Made by a program: the position numbers and the translations under genes. The notes beneath the pieces are model-generated. The model had not been told where the DNA came from and did no database searches. It worked only from the letters and a program-made list of their open reading frames with translations. A DNA stretch of 64,000 bases, from NCBI RefSeq assembly GCF_009914755.1, contig NC_060938.1; one strand, written 5' to 3'. Source of the DNA: the human T2T-CHM13v2.0 reference genome, Homo sapiens. Numbering within the stretch: position 1 is the first letter of the stretch; every line of letters begins with the position of its first letter. Below, one piece after another: positions 16,152 to 27,570 of this stretch.

Positions 16152-16901
16152 TCAGCGTCCAGTGTCTGGGCTCATGGGCATTGGGTGTGCGCCTGGCTGG
16201 CGCCACCTGCGTCACCTTAGCCCCCTCCCTGCCCCCAGCCAAAGTCAGGCCTGGCCTGCCCCAGAAAGCTTGCAGGACCGGTGGCCCTGTGGTGCCCTTC
16301 TGCAGGCACCCCTGCAGCCTAGGAGGCGGGGCTCGGCAGCCAGGTCAGCGCTCTGTGCCTGCCGGGAGTCAGCACAGTCCAGGGCCTCTAGCTTGGCCTC
16401 AGCTCTGGCCATCGGTGCCACCTCAGGGACGGCTCATGCCCATTGGCCCCACTCCAGCCTTTTATGGGTGCCTGGCTTGACCAGTGGACACTGTTCTCAG
16501 ATGGCTTCTGGTGGGTCCCCCGAACCTCCTGAAGCCCCTGACCCTGCCGCCCCAGCGTGGCCCTCCCCTAGTGAGTGGGCCTGACTTGCCCAGGGCCCTG
16601 GTCATAGCCTGCCCTCTGCCCTCCAAGGCCCTTTTCTTCTGTGCAGCAGAGGGGCCAGACACTGCATAGGGTCGGCGCCCTTCAGCCCCAGGGCCCCGGA
16701 ACCCCCTGCCTTGGAATATCGCCCCGGGAGCCTCCTCCTCAGCCTCTCCCCTCCTTTCCCCTTAGCCCCAGTGTGCAGCAGCCCAGGTCAGGGCCCTGAG
16801 TGCCTGGATGCCCCCTGCCTCCCAGTGTCCTGCATTACTTCTGGAGGCTCAGTCACCACAACCTCACCCTCCCAGCCCTGGCCTGGCCTTCTCGGCCACC
16901 A

Positions 16902-17553
16902 GCCCACCTCCTCCCTCTCTCCAGAGCTTCCCCCGGCAAGGTCCCTGCTGGGCTCAACCCAGGCCCCCCAGCACAGGTAGGAGCCTTGCACCTGCCCTTG
17001 GCCCTCCCCACCCTGCATGGTGCCAGGACCCCCAGGCCACAGGGAGGCCCCATTTCTCTCTGCCGCTGGCCCAGTGGCCCTGGAGTCCCACTGCAGGTGG
17101 GGTGTGCCCCTGACCTCTGAGGAAGCTAAGTGCCCTGCCCTCAGCCAGGCCATCCCCTCTGCTCAGCCCCAGGGCCCCGCTCACCACCCCTTCCCCTCAC
17201 CTGCACCACAGGCTCTGGCTGACTCTGCCCAGGCCCTGAATGGGCCCCTCTGGCAGCCCTCTGCTGCTACACTGCCCTGCACCACCTCCACTCAGCTTCA
17301 TTGTGCTGGTGGTCCTGGCTCCTGGCAGCCCATCTTGCTCCTTCTGGGGCGCCAGCCTCAGAGGCCTTCCTGCCCAGGGTCCGCTGGGGCCAGCCCTGGG
17401 ACCCTCCTGGTCTCAAGCACACGTTCCTCCTGCAGCCACACCTGCCCCTGCCTGAGAGCCCAGCTCTGAGCCCTGGAATGCCTTCCCTTCTCCATCCCAG
17501 CTCGCCCTTGCCAACTGCTCAGTGGGATGAGCTCACACTCCCTTCCCGGCACC
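16902..17553. repeat. Inverted-repeat arm A between S-gamma4 and CH1
   Basis: Reverse-complement homology to 20190-20890, 592-1292 and 39274-39973. Confidence 0.9.
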
Positions 17554-17639
17554 AGGAGGCTGCACTGCACTTTCACCAGCCCTCAGCTGTCTGCTGCCAG
17601 CAACTACCCAGCTCCTGCCAAAATCTAGGAGCTGAGTGA

Positions 17640-18575
17640 TGCCTCCCACCGTCCCTGCTCACCTGTGGCTGCCTTGCCCTGAGCTCTAGTGCCTGTCCCC
17701 TGCTCGTCCTGCCTCCCACCGGCCCTGCTCACCTGCGGCTGCTCTGCCCTGGTCCCCTGAGCTCCAGGAGCTGCCCCTTGCTCCTCCTGCCCCCCACCGG
17801 CCCTGTTCACCTGCGGCTGCTCTGCCCCGGTCGCCTGAGCTCCAGGAGGTGCCCCCTGCTCCTCCTGCCCCCCACCTGCCCCTGCTCACCTGCGGCGGCT
17901 CTGCCCTGGTCCCCTGAGCTCCAGGAGCTGTCCCCTGCTCTGCAACCTCCCACTGGCCCTGCTCACCTTCTGATGCTCTCCCCTGTTTCCTGAGTTCCAG
18001 GAGCCGCCCCCTGCTCATCCTGCCTCCCACCTGCCCCTCCTCCCCTGTGGCTGCTCTGCCCTGGTCCTCTGAGCTCCAAGAGCTGCCCCCTGCTCGTCCT
18101 GCCCCCCGACCTGCCCCTGCTCACCTGCGGCGTCTCTGCCCTGGTCCCCTGAGCTCCAAGAGCTGCCCCCTGCTCCTCCTGCCCCCCCTGCCCTCTCCTG
18201 TTTGCCTGTGGCTGCTCTGCCCTGGTCCCCTGAGTTCCAGGAGCTGCCCCCTACTCCTTCTGCCCCCCACCTGCCCCTGCTCACCTGTGGCTGCTCTGCC
18301 CTGGTCCCCTGAGCTCCAAGAGCTGCCCCCTGCTCCTCCTGCCCCCCCACCTGCCCCTGCTCACCTGCGGCGGCTCTGCCCTGGTCCCCTGAGCTCCAAG
18401 AGCTGCCCCCTGCTCCTCCTGCCCCCCCCTCCCCTCTCCTGTTTGCCTGTGGCTGCTCTGCCCTGGTCCCCTGAGTTCCAGGAGCTGCCCCCTGCTCCTT
18501 CTACCCCCACCTGCCCTGCTCACCTGTGGCTGCTTGGTCCTGGTACCCTGAACTCCAATGCCTGCCCCCTGCTCA
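17640..18575 (-). repeat. Switch region S-gamma4 (~79-80 bp tandem units, AGCT-rich, G-rich on the non-template strand)
   Basis: Repeated cctgctcacctgYggctgctctgccctggtcccctgagctccaRgagctgccccc located 5' of CH1. Confidence 0.93.
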
Positions 18576-19154
18576 CTCTGTCCTCCCTCAACCCGGGCCA
18601 GCAATGTCACTCAGGCCACTGTTGCCCCCCTGCCTGTCCTGGCACCCTCTGTCCAGGTTTGGGCTGTTTTTCTGGCCTCATTTTTGTTTTTGCAGCACTT
18701 GGCTTGTTCCCTATGCTGTGGAGCAGCCCCAGTGTCCAGTCAGGTCTCCCCAACAGAGCCCCTTGCCTATGTGCCCCTCCTGGATGAGCTCCCGGATCCT
18801 CCCGTCCCTGCACTGCTCCTGCTCTGGAAGCCTCTCCGGAACCTCAGCTCCTCAGTGGCCTCTGCTCTGCTGGGCCTCAGCCCCTCCCCTCGCCCCAGGC
18901 CTGCTGCACTCTGGGCCTTTCTGGGCCTCCCTGGACTCTTCCCTCCTCCCGCCCGTGCACTCAGCACAGCTCTCCCCTCCTCTCCGCTGCTGACCACAGC
19001 CCTGCTCCCCGCCAGCAGGTGCCCCAGCCCCATCAGCTGGCTCTGAGCCCAGCCCCTGTGCCTCCCCTGTCCCTGCCTCTGCCTCTGGGCTCCTTGGCTT
19101 CCACCCTCCTGTCCTGCTGCCACACTCACCCTCCCTGCTCTGCTCCCGGCTCAC

Positions 19155-19600
19155 CTGCTGTCCTTGGTCCTGGCTGAGAGGAGGGCCCCACGGCCAGCTC
19201 TGCTGACCCTGCCCTGGGCTCTGGTGATGCTGCCGGCCTGGACAAGCCCCTCCGTTCACCTGGGGCCTCTCCTCCTCCCTCGCTCTGCTGCCTCCTGAGC
19301 TCAGGTCGGTCGTGCCCATGCTGGCATCACCCCACGGCCGGTTCTGCCGCATCCCGTCATGTTCCTCGTGCTCCCAGCCCGGTCGTCCTGGAGGCCTCAG
19401 TCAGCCTCTGGTGTGTCCTGCCCTGTTGGCTTGGAAGCCCCTGCCCACGGTCCCCGTCGTCTCGCACTGGGTGGGCATCGGTGCCTGAAGGCTGCCCACC
19501 TCCCCCGTGCTGGCTCCGCTTGGGCTTCCATGTGGGGCTGGCCTCGCGCCCGCGTCTCCCCAGCCTCTTGCAGCCTGTTCAGCAGCTCAGGTCTAGGAGC
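19155..19600 (-). ncRNA. I-gamma4 exon (sterile germline transcript); 5' end approximate
   Basis: Donor GGACAGCAG|GTGAGC at 19155/19154; contains the I-gamma sequence GGGCTTCCAAGCCAACAGGGCAGGACA (19414-19440). Confidence 0.8.
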
Positions 19601-19870
19601 GCCGACGGCTGCGCCCAGGCTGTCCTTCTCCTCCCGAGCCTGTGCCCCTGCCCTGTGCTGACCCCACTCACCGAGGTGGGGGTCTCAACCCTTCCTGTTC
19701 TGGCGAGGTACATGTGGGCGGCCCCGCCCCCGCCGTCAGCCGCTATTTGTCTTCCTAGGAAATCACAGCTCAGGTCCCAGGTCCCCAGGGGTGTGAACTC
19801 CACGCTGCAAAGACTAAGAACAGGATTGAAACCAGCGGCACCCCTTACTTCCTGAAGTTCCCTTTTCTTC
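19600..19870 (-). promoter_or_regulatory. I-gamma4 promoter: STAT6-type site 19752-19761, GC box 19721-19730, Ets site
   Basis: TTCCTAGGAA (TTC-N4-GAA); GGGGCGGGGC and CAGGAAGT on the minus strand; positioned upstream of the I exon. Confidence 0.8.
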
Positions 19871-20189
19871 TGGTGGTTTCTGTGTCAGAGGGCGAGGGGG
19901 AGTCCACACAGAGCCGAGGCTGCCTCATGGGTGTGTGGGGATGGGGGTGGTGGCTGCCCCCATACTCCCCCATACTCACGGGAGAAGGTGGGGAGCCCGG
20001 ACCTTGTGTGCTGCTCTTTTCTCTGTCTCTGAGTCCCTGGGGCTGGACTGAGACCGGCAGCGATTATGACCATTCTGCCCGTGGTCTCAGCCTCTCAATA
20101 CCTGGGCCTCTCACCTGAAGCTTCTGGCCCCCCACTGGGCCCTGGTGGCTGCTTTGGCCTGGGCATTTCTCCAGCTGACTCTCACTCAT

Positions 20190-20890
20190 GGTGGAGGGAG
20201 GGGAGTGTGAGTTCATCCCACTGAGCAGCTGGCAAAGGCGAGCTGGGATGGAGAAGGGAAGGCGTTCCAAGGCTCAGGTCTGAGCTCACAGGCAGGGGCA
20301 GGTCTGGCTGCAGGGAGAACGTGTGTGCTTGAGACCAGGAGGGTCCCAGGGCTGGCCGAGTGGACCCTGCACAGGAAGACCTCTGAGGCTGGTGCTCCAG
20401 AAGGAACAAGATGGGCTGCGAGGAGCCAGGGCCACCAGCTGTGCTCCTGGGGGCCGAGGGGACGTGGGACAGGTGGATGAACACACTGAAGCTGAGTGGA
20501 GGTGGTGCAGGGCAGTGTAGCAGCAGAGGGGAGCCAGAGGGGCCCATTCAGGGCCTGGGCAGAGTTGGCCAGAGCCTGTGGTGCAGGTGAGGGGAAGGGG
20601 TAGGGGGCAGGGCCCTGGGGCTGAGCAGAGGGGATGGCCTCTGCTTAGCTTAGGGCACTTAGCTTCCTCAGAGGCGAGGGGCACACCCGAGTTGCAGTGG
20701 CACTCCAGGGCCACTGGACTACAAGCAGAGAGAGAAATGGGGCCTCCCTGGGGCCTGGGGATGCTGGCATCATGCAGGGTGGGGAGGTCCAAGGGCAGGT
20801 GCAAGGCTCCTACCTGTGCTGGGGGAGCCTGGACTGAGCTCATCAGGGACCTTGCCAGGTGGAAACTCTGGAGAGAGAGAGGAGCTGGGC
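20190..20890. repeat. Inverted-repeat arm B upstream of the I-gamma4 promoter
   Basis: 20789-20825 is the exact reverse complement of 16965-17001; homology spans ~700 bp. Confidence 0.9.
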
Positions 20891-20975
20891 AAGGACGGAT
20901 GTGGAGGTGGGAGGTAGCGGGGGACGAGATGCAGCCAGAGGGACTGGGCAGACCAAAAGCCCGAGGAGGTTTCGC

Positions 20976-21227
20976 ACAGGAAGCATCCAGAGTGGAACAG
21001 GAAGCATGCAGAGTGGAACAGGAAATGTCCAGCATGGAACAGGAAGCATCCAGAATGGAACAGGGAGCATCCAGAGTGGAACAGGAAATGTCCAGCATGG
21101 AACAGGAAGCATCCAGCATGGAACAGGAAGCGTCAAGCGTGGAACAGGAAGCGTCCAGCGTGGAACAGGAAGCGTCCAGCGTGGAACAGGAAGTGTCCAG
21201 CGTGGAACAGGAAGCATCCAGAATGGA
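20976..21227. repeat. 21-bp minisatellite x12
   Basis: Same as 1378-1629. Confidence 0.95.
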
Positions 21228-24200
21228 CACTTTGAAGGGAAATCATGTCCCTCCCACTAAATGTGCTCTCCACAAGGACCCGGCCCACCCTTGTGTCCCT
21301 GCTGGATCCCTGAGCTGACACCAGCCCTGCCCTCAGAGAGAATGTCCAGGAGACAGGTGGAGGTGCACGTGTGGGTCCCTGGGGAAATCCATCCTCCAGC
21401 CGCAGGCTCCCAGTCGGCTCCCAGCTTCTGGCTCCGGCTTCACCCCATGGAGCTCATAATGGGCTCAACCTCCCAGGCTGGGGGAGGATGCAGTGAGGGG
21501 CCCCGCACTGCCCATGGCACACCCAGGGGGCTGGGGAGTCTGCACTGGGCTGGGGCAGGGAGGCCTCGTGCAGCCTGTGGGGCTGGCAGCTCAGGACAAC
21601 ACTCGTATCTGTTAACTGTGGCCCTGGCAACACAGCACCCCAGACTGCGTGGCTTAAACAACAGACGTTTATTCCGTCCTGGTTCTGGAGGCCGGGCATC
21701 TGGGATGGAGGCCTCGGCGGGGCTGGCACCTCTGTGTCATGGGAGACTCTGTCCCAGGCTCTCTCCTTGCTGCTGGGCTTTGCCGGCCGTCTCTGCTGCT
21801 CTTGGCTTATGGAAGCAGCACCATCTTCACAGGGCGTTCTCCCCACGTGCTGTCTGTACCCAGATTCCCCCTTTTCATGAGGACAGCAGTCATATTGGAT
21901 CAGAGGCTTGCCCTACTCCAGGGTGACCTCATCTGAACTTGATTGCAGTTGCAAAGACTGTTTCCAAACAAGGTCACATTCTGTGGTCCTGGGGGTTAGG
22001 ACTTCAACACATGAATTTATAGGGGACACATTTTAACCCACAACAGTTTGCCCTCCGCTCCCCCCATAATCATGTCCTTCTCACATGCAAAATCCCTGCA
22101 CCCCATAGCAACATCTCCAAGATGGCTAACCCCTTCCAGCACCAACTCTTAGTCCACAATCTCAGAGAAATATCACCTGCATCAAGTGTGGGAGAAACCA
22201 CAGCAGGGGTGGCGAGCCTCCAGCCCCCTCTGGCCCAGGTGAGGCTGTGTGCACTGTGTGGGTGTGCCTGGGGATCCACTTGCCCCCCCATCTATCTGCT
22301 CATTTTCCCCAGGCTGTGGGCATTTGGGGCAGAGGCCTCAGTGCCTGGCCTGCTCTCTCCCGGTTCTATCCAATGCCTGTGCTGGGCTGGAGGGGCCGGG
22401 CAGGGTGGGCCCCCAGGAAGGAGGATGGGTCACCTGTTGCTCCCATAAGCCCAGGTCCAGTCCCAGCTGGGGATCCATCTCTGGCCTCTGCCAGCCTTGA
22501 AATCCCCCAGTCCTCTGTGTCTCCCTCCTGGGGCCCACCAGGCCTGCTCAGCTCTGAGTCCCATGTCCATTCTCACCCTGCTCTGAAAAATGATGTTTTT
22601 CATTTCAGAATCATACTTTCAGTTCTAGAATTTTCATTTGGTTCTTGTAAATATTTTCCGTCTCTTATAGAGATTCCCCATCTAGTCACTCATTATAATA
22701 GTATTTTCCTTTAAGTCTTTGAACATGTTTAACATAACTTCTTTAAAGTCCTTGTCTGATAACTGTATCTGCATCTAGGTCATCTTGGAGTTGATCTCCA
22801 TTGATCCCTTTTTCTTCTGACTATGGATCACATTTTCATGTTTCTTTGCATCCATGGTAATTTTGGATGTGCACCTGATGTTGATAACATGCGTACAGGC
22901 TATGGGGTTTGCATTCTTTCTTAGCAGAGCATTAATTGTTTTTTTCAATGTTAGCAGTTAGCTTGAGTTGACTCAAACTCCCAAGTCTGTCTGCCTGGCA
23001 GTTGGCAGTAGCAGGAATCTCAGTTCTCTCGACTTACAGGTGTTGCTTTCTGCTGGGCCCTTTGGAGTTTTCCCTACCCATGCACACCTAAGGGATCGGC
23101 CAGAGGTTTCAGTGGAGTTTACTTGCAGATTGTGTGGTTTCCCTTCGGTGAGCTTCTCCTTTATGGACATCTTCTCTTCATTTCCAGCTGCTCTGAAAAT
23201 GCAGCCCTGCATCCCACTCCTCACCAGGAGGGCTGCAGTTTCCTGCTTAAACTCTAGCTGCACCCATTACATGCACTGGGGTGTGACTTCAGACGAATAT
23301 TTCAGGGAATAATCCTTACTAGTGTTTGCCTACTTCTGGTCATGTTCCAGTGCCTGCAATTGGTGTGTGTGGGTGTTGTGTGTGCTTACAGTGTTTCCAG
23401 TGTTTATAATTGCCATCTGCCAAAGGGCTAGTCTGATATTAGCTGCTCCAGCATTACTGGAATCAGAACTACTTTCTCTCATGTGGTTTTTCATTTTCAT
23501 TTCCCTGTTGACTAGTGTGGTTCAACACCTTTTCATATGTTTAGTGGCTATTTGGATATCTTCTGTAAAACATCTGTTCAATTCTCTTGCCTATTCCTCG
23601 TTGGATTATTTGATTTTTTTTCTCATTGGTTTACAGGGGTCTTCTTTATATCATGGATCTGTTTCTGTCAGTCAGTTATATATGTTTATAGGAAACATTG
23701 AGAAAAATTAGTAGGTGCCTTCCATGGAAAGCAAGGCATTGTCTTGTACACTCTTCCAGGTTATTTCATTCTGTGGAGCTCTGCATCTTTTATTTCCTTT
23801 GAACTATTTTACACCTCTATAAGCCAGGGGTCCCCAATCCCTGGGTCATGCACTGGAACCGGTTCATGGCCTGTTAGGAACTGGGCCACAGAGCAGGAGG
23901 TGAGGGGTGTGTGAGCATTCCTGCCCGAGCTCCACCTCCTGTCAGATCAGTGGCAGCATTAGATTCTCACAGGAGCGAACCCTATTGCGAGCTGCACATT
24001 CCCGGGATCTAAGTTGCACACTCCTTATGACACCCTAATGCGTAATGATCTGAGGTGAAACAGCTTTGTCCCCAAGCCATCCCCCGATCCTGGTCTGTGG
24101 AAAAATTGTCTTCCATGGAACTGGTTCCTGGTGCCAAAAATGTTGGGGACCACTGCTCTAAGTTGTACATAATTGATAGCAATGCAAAAGCTCTTTGAGT

Positions 24201-26797
24201 TGGTAGAAATTCAAGTTCTCACCTTTGGAAGGACAATGAATTGCTCCTCATCTTCCAGGGAAAAGGCCAGTTTTGCATCTCTCTATGAACTCCTTTTAGC
24301 ATTCCTGAATCAATTATGTAAGTGTAGTACTTAGAATTCCACTTTGAACTGGTTACGACACCTTAATTAATGAGATAAAGAGCATCTCTGAAATGTGTCG
24401 TCATATGTTTATGTGAGTCCTGATCATAACAGTTTTAAAAAATGATCTCTTAACTCGTTGAGATTTCTTCTCCCCCACGGCCCCACCCAGCCGCAGTATC
24501 CAGGGAGCTTAGTTTTCTGTGGCCCAGGAGGGCAGGAGACCCGGTGTTGACGGGGAGATCTGAGGTTGGCCCCAACTTTTCCCCACAGCTCTGCTTCAAG
24601 GAGTGCTGTGGGAAGGCCTCCCAACCCCACACCTGTCCTGTTGGCCAAGGCGAGCTCCATGCCATGTGGCATCTCTGCCGCTGGCCACCTGGCGAGTATC
24701 TGTTGAATAGAGAAATGTGCAGCATCTCCACAGAGCTTCCAGGGCTTCTGTGCTCTCCAAACATCTCTGGGCTCCTGGCACCCTCTCAGGGTATGATGTG
24801 TTGGTGGCTGGGTTGGGCCCCTGTCCCTGAGGGTAGGACTCAGGCAAGGACAAAGCTCTGGACTCAAAGAGCTGGTGTGGGGGTGAGTGAAAGGAACAGG
24901 AGCTTTGGGGTCAGAAATGCGGGTTTCAGCCTGCATTGTCCCCATGAGCAGGGGCTGCAGACTCACCAAGACCTCAGTTTCTACCATGGTGAGAGAGTGT
25001 CAGAGACTGCAGCACGTATTTGAAAAGCGTCCAGGGACGGCAGGGGTCTGGGTTGGACCAGCTCTCCTGAATACTGAGGGTGCGATCTTGACCATTGTGA
25101 AAGGAAAATAAAATCTCAGGACCCTAAAGTCACTATGCCAAAAAGAACAGTTGAGGTGGGAAGCTGAGTCATGAAAAAAAAAAAAGTCATGCGTTTCCTT
25201 TTGTTTCCAAACTGAGAGCAGCAGCAGATAGGCCAGGTCTACCCAGGTGGCCTCCCTCACCCTGACAATATAAATTAACAGGCCGGTCTTCATGACATGG
25301 GACAAAATGAGACAAGAAATCGTCCCTCCTACCCCTGAGACGAATGCATATTTGACTTCTTCCTCTACTCTGTTTATTTTCTTATAAAGTGCAGATTTAC
25401 TGAGCACAAGGCGAATGCGTAATTGCTCCCTCCACCCCTCCTTTTCATGCAACGTGGGGGCTCAGTGAGATGTAATCAAAGCCTCAGAAGAATGTGACCC
25501 TCCCCTCTTGCTTTTTTCTCTTTCATCTTTCCCCTCCTCCAGCTTTTCCCCTTTTCAATATTGAAGCAGGACGTAGTGTGACTGCATCTGGGGTCAGGTG
25601 TGGGGTGGTCCATGTGGACAGTGAGGAAGGTGGTCCCTGCCCGTGGTGGTCCGGGTTTCCTGGGAGATGGCCAGACGTGGGTGCTGAGGGGAGGAGGCCA
25701 GTGCAGTCACTGGATGGGAGAGAGCATGTCCATTGTGCTGAGTGGGCTGGGAGGGATCCACAGAGAAGACGGTGTGGCTCAACAGTTGGCACTGGGGACA
25801 GGAACGTGGGTGAAGGGCCTGGCACATGGAGTAGCTCAAGGCGTGAGGCTGTGACCCACCTGGAGAGCCTGTGCCTGAGTGCACAGGGTGGGTGCTGGGG
25901 TTGCAAGCGCGTGTGTCCCTGTGTGAGGACCGTGTGAGTACACGTGTGTGTCACGTGTCCCCCATGCGTGTCAGGCATTGTTGCGTGTCCCCCATGCGTG
26001 GCAGGCAGCATCACGTGTCCCCCATGCGTGGCAGGCATTGTCGCGTGGCCCCCGTTCGTGGCAGGCATGTGCAGCCTGAGTACCATGCCAGATGCGGCGT
26101 TCTGTCTCCTCCAGGCCCTGCCCTGCCGTGTGAGCAGGGAGCTTCCCCATGGGACTGATGTTCTGTCTCCTCCAGGCCTGGCCCTGTCCTACCATGTTAG
26201 CAGGGAGCTTGGCCATGGGAGTGGTGGGCACAGGCGTGGCTGTGCCGGGCCTCACTGGCTGGATTCGGTGGGGACACCATACCCCTTGCTGAGTGTGGGT
26301 GTCAGAGGGTTCGAGGTGCCCTCTGGGAGGTGGTTGGGCAGAGGCAGGGTTGGGAGCGTGTGGGGAGATGGGTGTTCAGCTAGGTTCCTTCCCTGTGCAG
26401 GGGCTCAGCTGAAACCTGGGCTCTCACTCCCCTCACCCCTGCCTCCCCAGCATCCTCACTCTGCCCCTCTCTTCAGCCTGCCTCGGGCCTTGCCCTGGGA
26501 CCCCTGCTGAGATGACAGGAGGGGCTTCAGCAGCACCCTGTGCTGGGTGGACGCCGAGGTCACAGGCTTGCTCTGTGTCTCCTCACAAGGCCACGTGGTG
26601 GCAGGTCCTTCCTCCTGTCTAACCAGAGTCCTGCTTGCTGCTCTGCAACCCCCTTGGGTCACGTGGGGCAGGGGCACCTGGCAGGGTGGGCTTCGTGGAC
26701 TCAAGGGCCACCAGTTCCTCCAGGTCAACCTGCTCAGATCGTTCCATTCTCCCCCTTCCCTTGGCCACAGAGACCTCTGTATGCTGGGGTGACCACA

Positions 26798-27570
26798 AAT
26801 GTCACAACAGCAGAGTCACACCAGGAATGTCACACCATGTCACACCACATCACACTATGTCATGCCAGGGATGTCACGCCACATCACACCATGAAACTCA
26901 TCATCACACTAGGGATGTCATACCCTGCCACACCCCATCCTGCCACATCACACCATGTCACACCGCATCACATCACACCAAGGATGTGGCACCCTGTCAC
27001 AGCACGTCACACGTCACATCATGTCACACCACACCTCATCACACCACAGATGTCATACCCCATCACACCACATCACATTACATCACACCACGTCAAACTA
27101 CCTCACACCCCATCACACCAGGGATGTCACACCCCATCACACCACATCACATGTCACACCACGTCACATGCCACACCATATCACAGTATGTCACAGCCTG
27201 TTACACTTCATCACACCACATCACACCAGGGATGTCACACCTTGTCCCATCACATCACATCATGTCACACCATTCCACATCATTTCATATTATAGCTCAT
27301 CATACAAGGGATGTCATACCCATCACACTATGTCACAGCACATCACACCAGGGATGTCACACTGTGTCACACCACATCCCACCATGTGCAACACCACCTC
27401 ACACCAGGGACATTACACCATGTCACACCACATCACATCACCCCTTGGATATCACACCGTCATACCACATCATACAACATCACACCATGTCCTGTCACAT
27501 CATGCCACATGACATCCACGTCACACCAGAGACATCACACCACGTCACACCATGTCATGTTACATCACAG
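26798..27570. repeat. (CATCACAC)n-like low-complexity repeat 3' of IGHG2
   Basis: Direct inspection. Confidence 0.93.

Noticed and set aside
16440-16466. CCAAT and TATA-like (CATAAAA) motifs upstream of CH1
   Set aside because: Order is wrong for a minus-strand promoter and such short motifs arise by chance.
18047-18787. Pro-rich 246-aa ORF
   Set aside because: Translation of switch-region repeats.
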